From assembly GCA_036172245.1 (NCBI GenBank), contig JAYWIR010000018.1, positions 1,922,001-1,986,000 of the forward strand: a stretch of DNA of 64,000 nt. The letters are read 5' to 3'. This stretch comes from Raillietiella orientalis. Lineage: Eukaryota. Under the pieces are notes generated by a model. The model did not search any database, was not told the origin of the DNA, and worked only from the letters and a program-made list of their open reading frames with translations. Both the position numbers and the translations under genes were made by a program. Each line of letters begins with the position of its first letter. The first letter of the stretch is position 1. Below are positions 12,501-24,086 of this stretch, piece by piece.

Positions 12501-15500
12501 TAATGATGAAGAAGAAAAAGTCACTGGTGGCCGAAACGGATATGGAGCCAAATTATGTAACATTTTTAGCACGAAATTTGTAGTGGAGACAGCTGCTATA
12601 GAATTTAAAAGAAGTTTTAAGCAGGTCTCTGATGTTGAAATTACATTTGGTGGTATAACATGTTTTCAGATTTGGACAAATAACATGACAAAAGTTTCTG
12701 ATCCCAAAGTTAAAGAACATACGGGGGAGGATTTTACCCGAATAACTTTTTCTCCTGATTTATCTAAATTTAATATGACATCATTAGATCAGGACACTGT
12801 AGCACTTTTGACCAGACGAATATACGATGTTGCTGGCTCTTCGTGGGGAGTCAAAGTGTATTTGAACGGAAAAAGACTCCCAGTTAGTGCAATCAACTCT
12901 GTAGTTCATATTGTGTTCTGTTTCTTAGATTAAAGGATTCGAGGATTATGCTGAGCATTATTTAAAAGGCAGAAATCATGAACAAGGAGACCCTTTAAAA
13001 CTAATTTACGAGAAAGTGAATGACAGATGGGAAGTGGCATTCACTGTATCAGATCATGGATTTCAGAACGTATCTTTTGTAAACAGCATCGCTACTACTA
13101 AGGTATGGAGAACCTGCAGAGCACAAAAACAGGGTTGCTAGGGTGGGCGTCATGTGGATCATGTAGCTGATCAGCTAGTTAGTAAAATCATTGATGCTGT
13201 CAAGAAGAAAAACAAAGATGGCGTGCCAATTAAACCTTTCCATGTAAAAAATCATCTATGGCTGTTCGTCAATTGTTTAATTGTGAATCCAACTTTTGAC
13301 TCACAAACTAAAGAAAATATGACACTGGCAGCTAAGAATTTTGGCTCTAAGTGTCAGTTGTCTGACAAGTTTATCTCTAATGTAAGTTGTTGGTTTTTTG
13401 CATTTGAAGTCCATGGTGTGCAGGTCCTTAAGTCAGGTATTGTTGAAGCCATTACACAGTGGGCACATGGTAAAGCACAAGATCAATTGAATACCAAGTG
13501 CAATGCCAAAAAGCAAAAGAAATTGCACGTTCCTAAATTGGATGATGCTAATATGGCTGGAACTCGAAATTCGATTGAGTGCACCCTCATTGTGACAGAA
13601 GGGGATTCAGCCAAATCGTTAGCAGTATCCGGACTTAGCATTGTAGGTCGAGATAAGTATGGTGTATTTCCCATCAGAGGCAAATTGCTGAATGTCAGAG
13701 AAGCCACTCATAAGCAGGTGAGCACTTGAGTCAGATTTTCTGTACACCACTGCTCTGTAGATTCTAGAGAATGCAGAAATTAACCAACTCATTGCAGTTT
13801 TGGGATTACAATACAAGAAGAAGTATGAATCTTTGGAAGATTTGAAAACACTTCGCTATGGAAAATTAATGATCATGACAGATCAGGATCAAGTTTGTAT
13901 TGATTACATAACTTCTTTCGCTTTGAGCAAATTTCTTAGGATGGATCTCATATCAAAGGACTGTTGATTAACTTCATCCACCATAATTGGCCTTCCTTGC
14001 TTCATTTGTCCTTTTTGGAAGAATTTATTACACCTATTGTGAAAGCTAGTAGGGGCGAAACTTCTTTTTCCTTTTATTCACTTCCTGAATTTGAAGAATG
14101 GAAAAGAGGAAGAGATGACTGGAATCGGTTTAAAATAAAGTATTACAAAGGTTTGATGAATGAAAAGACTTGTCTCTTTAAGCAGCGATTTCATAACCAG
14201 GTCTGGGAACCTCAACTTCTAAAGAAGCTAAGGAATACTTTATGGATATGCAACGCCATCGAATTAAGTTCCGCTATGAAGGACCAAGCGATGACCACTC
14301 CATTGTGATGGCCTTCAGCAAGAAGTGTGTTGATCAGCGCAAGGAATGGTTAACCAATGGCATGGAAGAACGCAAGCGACGTAGAGAACTGGGACTAGCA
14401 GAAGTTTACCTGTACAGCAAAGATACTCATGCGGTATCTTATCAAGAGTTTGTCAACAAGGAACTGATTTTGTTCTCTAACCTGGATAATGAGCGCTCCA
14501 TACCCTCTTTGGTAGATGGACTAAAACCCGGGCAACGAAAAGTGCTTTTTACATGCTTAAAAAGGGCTGATAAACGGGAAATTAAAGTGGCCCAGTTAGC
14601 AGGGTCTGTTGCTGAGCATTCAGCTTATCACCATGGGGAAGCTTCTCTGATGAGCACTATTATCAATCTAGCACAGAATTTTGTTGGAAGCAATAATATC
14701 AATTTATTGTTGCCTAATGGTCAGTTTGGCACTCGACTACAAGGAGGCAAAGATGCAGCTAGTCCTCGTTATATCTTTACCATGCTAAATCCCTTGACTC
14801 GCCTTATATTCCATCCACATGATGAACCATTACTCACTCATCTGACTGATGATAACCAACGCATTGAGCCAGAATGGTATATACCCATTCTCCCTATGGT
14901 CTTGGTAAATGGTGCAGATGGTATTGGTACTGGTTGGATGACCAAGATTCCCAATTATAATCCTCGAGAAATCTGTGCTAATTTGAAACGCATGATAGCT
15001 GGGCAGGAACCACTGCCAATGCAGCCGTGGTTCAAGAATTTCAGAGGAACTATTAATGCAATTGATGAACAGCGATTCGTGATTAGTGGAGAGCTGGCAC
15101 TTCTGAGTGCGGATACTTTTGAAATAACGGAGCTGCCCGTTCGTATGTGGACACAAGTCTACAAAGAGACGATACTGGAACCATTCTTACATGGTTCAGA
15201 GAAAAGTCCACCCTTCATCTTGTGAGTCCACCTAATCATTGACACTAAAAAATCTAACGTTTCTAGGAACTACAAGGAATATCATACAGATACTACAGTT
15301 CGCTTTTTAATCAACATGGCAGCTGACAAACTCCAGCGTGCTGAAGAAGAGGGTTTACACAAAGTGTTTAAGCTGCACTCACCTTTGAGTATCACATCAA
15401 TGGTATTATTTGATGCTAATGGTTGTTTGCGACGCTACGATCGAGTTGAAGACATCATGAAAGAGTTCTTCAGCTTACGATTAGTATTCTATGAAAAGCG

Positions 15501-17267
15501 AAAATCTTATTTGGAAGGCATGCTGAAAGCTGATGCTGCACGATTAAGCAATCAGGCTCGTTTTATCATCGAAAAATGTGATATGTCTTTGGTTCTGGAA
15601 AACAAAAAAAGAAAAGAACTGGTTGAAGAGCTAAAACGTCGTGGCTATGAATCAGATCCTGTTAAAGCATGGCAGCATTCGCAGAAACAGGATGAGACCC
15701 TTGAAGAAGAATCTCAAGAAGAATCAACAGAATTGAGAGATTCTTCTTCCGGAATCATGGAACCTGACTACAACTACCTTTTAAGCATGACTATGTGGGT
15801 GCTAACATTGGAGAAAAAGGAGGAACTTTTAAAGAAGAGAGATGAGAAAGTCCAGGAACTTAATGATCTTCGCAAACAGACTGCTGCCACCCTCTGGACA
15901 AAAGATCTCGATGTGTTTCTGGAAGAAGTAAGTGCAAGTCTTAGCATTTATTGTTGCCTTTTTGGTTTTTTTCTCTCTCTTAGTTGGATCGTTGGGAGCA
16001 AAAAGAACGTGAAGAAGAAGAAGGCATCTCTAAGAAGGGCAAAGCAGTAGCAGCACCCAAAGGCAAAGATAAAAAATTAAAAACAGAAGTCTTGCCATCA
16101 CCTCAGGGGCGCCGTGTGGAACCACAAATTGATGCTGAACTGAGGAAAAAAGCAGAAAAAGCAGTAGCTGCTAGAGTGAAGAAAGTAGGGGGAAACCCTC
16201 ATTGAAAAAGATAATTTGTTGAATTCAGAGGCAAAAAGAGGAAATAGATGGCTTGGAAGCCATGGATGACTTTCGCTCACTAAAAGAAAGGTTAAGTGGC
16301 ACTCCTGGGATCCGTGATGTGATTGAAAAATCTCGAGCTAAAAAACCTGCTGGTGAGCAGATTGTAAAAGTGAAGATTAGACCAGTAGCATGTATTACAG
16401 GGAAACTGAAACAATCGCAGCTTTCATTTGACAAAGCAGAAGCCAAGCAAAAAGCTAGCCCCATAAAGAAAAAAAAAGATGCTTGGAAAAGTGATTCTGA
16501 TGAAAGCAATAGTCTGGTGTTGTTATCAGATTCCGATCATGAACATGAGGTTAAGGAACGTGGTCCCAAGAGAGCAGCAGCTGTACAAGCAAAATATGTT
16601 TTTGATTCAGAAGATGAAAAGTCGGCTGATTCAGATGTCGAAAAAACATTGAAAGAAAATGTGATGATCCATAGTGAAGGCTTCCAGCCAGCCACTTTGT
16701 CTGTCAACAGTGATGAGGACTCGGACTATGTGATGTCTAGTGACTCCACTAATAAACCCAGTGCCAATGCAGCTGAGAAAGATACAGATCCAGGTGTGTG
16801 AATAAAAGGAAAGGAGGAAGCATTGTTAATAATATTGAGATGCAGATTCTTTATTTGATCGTGTTGCTGCTGGTCCCCATGTAAAGAAGACAACAACTGA
16901 AACAGGACCAGCCAAGAAGGGCAGCAAAACTTCTGCACCTAAACCTAGGACAAAAAAGCTTATGCCTTTACCTGATACAAATGCAGAGAGTCTGACCAAG
17001 CAAACATCTTCCACCAGTAAAAGAAAGAAACCTGCAAAAAAAGAAACGAAAAAGAAACCTGCTCGATCCAAAAAGGGACGTTTTACAGACTCAGAGTCGG
17101 ATATGTTTCAAGATGATAGCATTGAGGTAAGATTTTCATTAATTATGTAGTGATGCATTGAAATTTTCAAGGACACTGGCAAAGTTTTTGAAAAGAAAGT
17201 GGGAGTACGGCGCACTTGTGCTAAAAAGGCTGTTAAGTACTTCAGCTCAGGATCTGAATCTGACTAA
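9524..17267 (+). CDS. Top2: DNA topoisomerase II (type IIA), 16 coding exons, ~1536 aa
   Basis: Exons 9524-9668, 12148-12328, 12381-12624, 12670-12882, 12929-13102, 13142-13381, 13424-13717, 13761-13892, 13940-14150, 14201-15221, 15267-15927, 15984-16184, 16229-16352, 16401-16793, 16846-17126 and 17172-17267 sum to 4611 nt in frame. Motifs: IYQKKTQLEHILLRPDTYIG, GHKL EILVNAADN and GGRNGYGAK, TOPRIM EGDSA, PIRGKLLN and MTDQDQDG, YYKGLGTS, and catalytic AASPRYIF (Tyr codon 14770-14772). The start may lie on an upstream exon (acceptor at 9508; candidate ATG|GTGAG at 8555-8557). Confidence 0.98.
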
Positions 17268-17341
17268 GATATTTGATTCCACTGATATTTATGTTTCATT
17301 TCAGGGGGGAAAGGAGGGAAAAACGGGAGATTCGTGTTTAT

Positions 17342-17354
17342 AATAAAATTTATT
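17342..17354. terminator. Back-to-back poly(A) signals: AATAAA on plus (17342-17347) and on minus (17354-17349)
   Basis: Sequence AATAAA-A-TTTATT lies between the converging Top2 and two-TM genes. The minus hexamer contains that gene's TAA stop. Confidence 0.6.
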
Positions 17355-18250
17355 TGGGAGCATAGGGTGAACCAGTTTCTAAAGATCGCTTCCAATGATG
17401 TGTCCAGTAAAGCTCCGGACTTCCACTTCCTTTGCTTGGTTCCTTTTGGCATACAGACACACAATATAGCATTGATCCCAACATAGTAAGTAACCCAAAT
17501 ATGATCATGCAGATGCCAAAGTACCTACAATCAAAGGGTAGTAGTAAAAAAAAAAAAAGAATTAGCCACATTTTGCCACATCTTTACCACACAATCACTG
17601 GTTCCCTTAATTGTAATACCACAATGAAACCTAGCGTGGCCAGGAGAAGACCCAAGTTAAGTAGAACCATAAAGCAACAAACACCACGGGTGTTGGGGCA
17701 ATAAGGATGCGGCGCTGCCATTGTTTCGACTTCTACTCGGCCGTAACGAGAAGTTTTCGTTTTCGTGGAAAACTCTGAAGGGGTGTTTTTCGGTTTCCCA
17801 ACATGTGAACTACACTGAATAATGACAAGATAAGGCACTCGTGAAACTACCTGTATTCTGACAACTGTTTGGATGTGTGAATGGGTATCTTGTCAACTTC
17901 CATGACATATTCCGACACTGTCCTGTCATCGTTCGAGATGTAACCGTCGTGCTCGTCAAAGTCACGGGGAGGTGCACGATCCGTGGTTTTAGCATATTCG
18001 TGGGCACTGGGATAATACGACGGCACGAAAACAGATTCGTAATCCACCGGTGGCTCGACGTACGGGTTGCGTCGAAACTGGGAATTCCTGTAAAACTCCA
18101 TCACGCATTTGTGGCTGCGTCGATCACTGTTCGTGGGCTCCAAACTTACAACGGAGTGGGCACTGATGGTACGTACAAGCCAGTGGTTTGTCCATTTGGA
18201 TGGAAAATCGTTTCAAGGTCCTTTTCACCGGAGTTCTCTCTGGACCACAT
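17350..18250 (-). CDS. Uncharacterised two-transmembrane protein, ~253 aa if exon 1 is real
   Basis: Exons 18250-18150 (tentative), 18114-17851, 17809-17588 and 17524-17350 join in phase. Two hydrophobic helices (VCCFMVLLNLGLLLATLGFIVVLQL; VWYFGICMIIFGLLTMLGSMLYCVSV) are linked by a short loop and followed by ELYWTHHWKRSL. The N-terminal part is Tyr/Pro/acidic-rich. Family not identified. Confidence 0.75.
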
Positions 18251-19991
18251 GCTCGTGTTTGCGGCTCATAACCACTTCGAGCAACGGGATAACTCACGGG
18301 AAACGCATAAGCGGAGCCACGGATGAACGAAAAGACGCGCCGAACCAAACAAATAAATTAATTAATTAAAAAAAAAGGTGAGCAAGGGGGTAACTTGTGT
18401 GCATCCCACAGTGCGCCTGCAATCACCACCAAACGTACAATTGCGGCGGAGATTCTAAAGTTCTACAGCACGGGAAGAGTCCATCCCGACTTGATGATGA
18501 GCGCATTGGGATCACCTTGGGGGGGAGGGGGGGGGGGGAAGGCTGACCTCAGTGACACACATCGTCGCCCTTTGTTTCGCGTACACCCGCGAGCTTGCCC
18601 AATTTCGTCGCGTCGTTTGCATCGTTTCGTCTTCGTTCGTCGCTCACGGCAACACACTGAGGCTACGAGATGAAAGTGGCTGGAACCATCGTCAGGGATT
18701 CATGGGTTTCCGGAGCTTCTGTGTGTCCCCTTGAGGCGTCCCACCCACTGAGATGCAGGCATTCGACAGCACACGTCCCAGGCAAACACGGATGAAGAAG
18801 CTCAACAACGAATAGAGCACTTTCCCGTACATGACCTACTGTCCCATGCAAGACATAGTCCGACTACTTCTTTGATGTTAGCGTTTGCTCTGTTGCTCCT
18901 TGTCTTTTTCGTGGCTGGGGCGAGATTCGCTCCTAAGACAAAAAAAGCCTGCCCTCAGAGCCATGCCATGGCAACAACGGGAGTTTCAGATCAAAAATTC
19001 GGTTTGGAGAATCCTTGAAAACAGAAAAGGAAGTCCAGCGAAAAGATATGGGCAGTTGGCGTGGCGTGTGCACCAACCAACGTACCACCTGACTGGTGCG
19101 AACTCGTACACACGCGAGTGACGTAACGAGCATGGCATGGTCTCTATTCAACCCTTTAAGCTTACACAGCTTCCCTACGCACTAATTGCTTTATCATTGG
19201 AGTCCAAGACTTTGCAAGACAAACGTTGCAAAGAAACGCGTGAGCGGTGTCCCGTAAAAGAGTGCGCAACGCAAATTCCACTTGCATGCCGTTCTCATCG
19301 ATGTCTGCCAGCAACGCTCGCTCTCCCATCTTCATCATGGCCTGCCATTCAGCCTTTTGTGCATTTCCCCCCCCCCCCCCCCCCCAACAAATCATCATTG
19401 AAACTTGAAGAGGAAAGGCAAGAAATTCTTGAAAATCTCGAAAATTGTGACTGACGATCGGCTAACTTCCTCGCAACACCTATTGGAACGAATTTCAGAT
19501 TGCAACCTTATTTGCAAGCGCTTCCTGACCACTACTATTGCGATTTGAATAAAAAAGGAACGAATCTCACTGCTACTTCTAATTAGAAACAGAAATTCGG
19601 GGCACTCCCAACCGGAAATAGGCAGACGAGGCAAGAAGCGACCTTCCACTATGTTGCTAAAACCTTCTTGAATTTGTTGAAAAATAATGGATCAGCAAAA
19701 AAAAAAAACACTACTTTTTATAGGAACTAAGCAAAACTGAGACAAACAAAGCTTAAAATTGTAACCACGGAGTGAATGAGCAACGATTAAACCTAATCTT
19801 TAAGAGAAGAGGAATGCTTTTTTTTTTTTTCCTGCAGCCTTTGGTTTTGAATCTCGCTTCCAAAACTGGGTTCTCCTTCAAACAACGAGAATCCAAAGAA
19901 CTGCTTTGTAATTCGTGAGAAATTGTGACCGCAAATCAAAGCAAGCCCAAAGATGTTTGCAGAGATGTGGTTCATTTGGATGCTCTGTTTT

Positions 19992-20017
19992 AGAGAGAGA
20001 GAGAGAGAGAGAGAGAG
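19992..20017. repeat. (AG)13 microsatellite
   Basis: Read directly from the sequence. Confidence 0.95.
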
Positions 20018-23000
20018 AAGAAGAAACGTTCCAATGCAGCAGCAACTTTTCAGAGAGAGTGACGATCAACTGCGGTCTGCATCAGTTCGGTATTCCGCTC
20101 ACAAGTTTTTAATGCAATTGGAATGCACGGAAAATACTGCAAGCACCACTCCGCCGCCTACGTGCCTCCGTTTCGAGGGCGGAAGCTCACGGATGTGCTC
20201 CTCAGCTAAGAGGAACAAATGTGAACAAGAGCGGCTCTTCTCTAGCTTTGTCCGCGCCCATTCTTCATGGTCCTCATGAACATGAAAACGGCTAAGGCGG
20301 TCCAGTTGCTTGGGAAGAAGAAGGAAAAAAAGGAGGAAAAGTCGGTCTAACAGGCTTGCTTCGCCATTCGACGGAGACGAACCGACTCTGTGCATGGCGA
20401 TACACAGCAAAACGCTCACTTCCCAACTGCCAACAATTCTTTCCACTGCAAACGCTACTCAAAAAGCACGAGGTTCCTGACTCAGATAATGAAGCTTCAC
20501 TGCTGAGGTGATTTAATGATTAAACTTTCTTACTAAGGACTGCCGATCCGATAACACGTTACTTTACTACTTCGAACAGGTAATCAGCTGGAATCAGCAA
20601 ATTGCCTTTCTACTTCTTTTTTTCACACCTGTAAACAACGACACACGCAACCGTAGTGTCTGGTCATTCTGGAAACTCTAGGCTTTCACGAAACATTAAA
20701 AATGAGCGAAATAATTTTTTTTTTTTTTTACATTTTCATGCCATTCCAGAAAGGTTCATTCATAGGTATTTTACCCTGCACATTATTCCGATGATTTCGC
20801 CACCTCTGTAAGCCTGCATGGCTGCCACCACATGAGACAAAGAATTATTGATTTTTATGGGGCATTCTACCAACTTCTGAATCAAATGTGCAATGGACTT
20901 GACCTTCGGGTGAAGACAAGCACTTTTTTTTATGTGGTTACTTGCTTTTGCGATTAAAAAAAAAAAGATTTACCCAAACAAGGATGTCTTGCAATCAAAC
21001 CTAATATGCTAATATAAAGGACACGTTAATGACAATGTTATAAACAATTATCTCGCTTTGCCTAATCCAAAAGACACAAAAAACTGGGATGATATACATA
21101 GAGCCAAACTTCATTTATTTGGAACTATTGAGATTCGACGAGTGCAGCTAAAGAAGGATATTCATAAACTTCTCAAAGCAAGGACGATATGGGTTCTGAT
21201 AACATTCAACACAAACCACTGGAAAAGGAAGGGAATTTCGAATACGTGGAGCAAAACGTGGTGCATCCACAGTTCATCTTGCTTATAAAAAATCTTTGTT
21301 GAACTTCACTTTTTGGTGCCACAGGTTTAAACCAGGTTTAAACTTGATTCACGCGCAAGAAAATTCGAATTCGTGAAGTACGCGGAATCCAATGCTCAAT
21401 AGGAAACTTTTGAAAGTAACACTCTTCAAGTCAATGTGCTTATGGTGAAGCATCCAAATAACCAGTAATAGGCAAAAAGAGAGGGGAAAAAAAACGAAAG
21501 ATACAGTTATTACTGAAATGTGTAATACTTTTGATGAAACCATTCCATAGCTTTCTTTGGAATCAGAGCAAAAATCTCTGAAACTCCTTACTACGGAGTG
21601 TGGCTAGGAAGCACCATCTGGAGAAAAGTTCGCGTTGGCCACTTGAAAACCGCCGAACAAACAGCAACAAAATAGACATCTTCATCTTCAGTGAGTCCTA
21701 TCTAAGAAAGTAAGCTTGATTGGCGCTGCAAGCTTTTCTGATTACCATCTCGACGAATTCGGCTATCCCTGGTGCATACGGCGTGTATTCCCCACAAAGA
21801 ATACCCATTGGAGATAAATCAGGTGAAGGTGAGAAGGAACAGCGAAAACGAACACGAAGGAACAGTTTCACTTGCTGCAATATAAGTGAAAACCACTGAT
21901 GGTATGGGATATGAAAAGATCGAGACGTCTAAATGAAAGCACTGAGAAAAACCACCGCATCCATGGTACCATACCGTACCCCACTGCACATTAATGAATT
22001 TCCAGGGCACAGCCGTGCTAAGCATATTGTTCACTTGGGATAGAAATCTGTGAATGACGGAATACGAAAACCAAACAAATGAAAAACAATCCTTTGTGAG
22101 CGCACAAACCTCGAGGGTGAACGAATCTCAAAAACCGAAATGTTCCTCAAATGCTTCACAATCTTGATCACCAAATTCAGTGTCCAGGGACTTTAAGGAA
22201 CTTTATACACAACTTTTCGTTAAAAGTTACAGTTGCCTTGTGGTTTCTGCTTTTCCAACGGGAATAGAATCATGAGGGCAGATCGAGAAAGCATTGCGTT
22301 CAAGTGTTTGATTAGAACAACGAAGAACCACCAGAAGACTCTGTTTACAACTTTGGCCATGGGAGAACCTCCATAAAGAACTGAACGTCAATTCTCTGTA
22401 GAAGAGGCGAGCGATCCGCAAGCCTTCCACTCGACAAGCAGTAACACAGAAAAAGGAAGATAACAGCTCGATTTTATAGTGGATGCGTCGTGGTCACCAG
22501 ACATCATGATTTCCCTTTTTAAAATGGAAACGACGTCTCCTCTGATTGGGAACGATGACTGTCTTAAATAATGTTCCCACTGCTGAAGATTTGCAATCAG
22601 CGCACGGGAAGAAAAAACAAAAATCTAAAACTTGGAAAGCACGTGGGAAATGAATAGAGCTTTCACCGTTAATCTCCCGGTGTGATATACGAAAGGAAAA
22701 AAAAAAAAAAAAAGTTGGTCGTTTACACAAATGCAATATAAACACGAACACTTAATAGTCACTGACCGAGGCCATATAGCAATGAAGTATTTCAGTGCAA
22801 AAGCACGAAGTTCCAGTAAGAAAATGGGGGAAGAAAAAAGCTATCTTTTTAAAGGAGTACTCTACAAAAAAGCATGTTTCCCTAAGTGCATGATTTATTA
22901 ATTCTAATTCTATACGAATTTCTCTATCGTGTACTCGTTGCAAGGGCATTCAATGATGTATCCTCGCTAATGAACACCTCGATTGAGTTTTTTTTTCTCA

Positions 23001-24086
23001 AGAAACAAACCAATGCATTGCAAAAGCCTTCGATTTTCAAACAAAACTGGAAAACACTCTATTGCATTCGGAAAACGAGTTCTGTCGGCTTCCAAATTAT
23101 ACAGTTTGACTGCGTGTACAATTTCAAATGGGATACTTCTCATGAAGTCGAAAATTTAAGAAATGAAAGCACAACCAGCTTTTGATCACATAAAACGAAG
23201 AGCGCAGCATTGGGAGCTTTTCCGTGAATAATAATAATAATACTTCACTCCACAAATTCAAAAAGGTCCCTTTTTAAAAAGAAAAAAAAATGCAGATTTT
23301 CTCCTGACACTTAAAATGTGATGATGACCACTTTGGAAAGATATCGAAAACCAAAAAATAGCATGCAAACAACGAAAGAAAGAAAGCAAAAAAAAAAAAA
23401 AAAGCGGAAACACTGAAACCAACAGCGGATGTGCGAAGACACGAAAGGGGTACAGGATGGTATGCAGTCCACTCAACACAAATCGGATCCACGCAGGTGA
23501 AAAAAAATCTTTGTCGGAATGGATCATTTGACTATTTCACTGTACCAAATGTCTGAATCTAGAGGAATCCAGCAAACGGGGCACCCACGAGGCTTGCATT
23601 CGCTCTTCGTTGCAGCCAGGTCACTCGCGACTCCGCATCGACTTTCTGATGTTTTCCTTCGAAAAATCAAAGTTCAAAAAGCGTTTAGAAATTACGAAAA
23701 AGTTGAACTACTCAAGTTGCGGGTGATTTCGTTCGATGGCAGCTGGGGCGCAAAGTAATAGAAAACTTGGAAAGTGATTACCGAAAAATCAAATTCCCCG
23801 TTTCCATTTGTATCCAAACCGTTAGATGAAACGGATACATTCATACATACAACACAAAAAGTGAAGGAATGAAAGAATACGGGTGTGAGGAACGATTCGC
23901 CTAAAGTATCTTAATTTAAATGTTCACAACAGATGCAAGTACAGAAACTTAGTAATTAACTACATGCAACCATATGTTAGATATCATGGCTATTTAAAAA
24001 ACAAAAAACACTGCTTAAGAAATATGTTTTAAAAATAAAAATAAGATCTGTATTTTGTCGCACGATAAACAAACTTGCTAAAGCAC

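Noticed and set aside
13483..17071. Minus-strand ORFs within Top2
   Set aside because: Antisense shadows of the Top2 coding exons.
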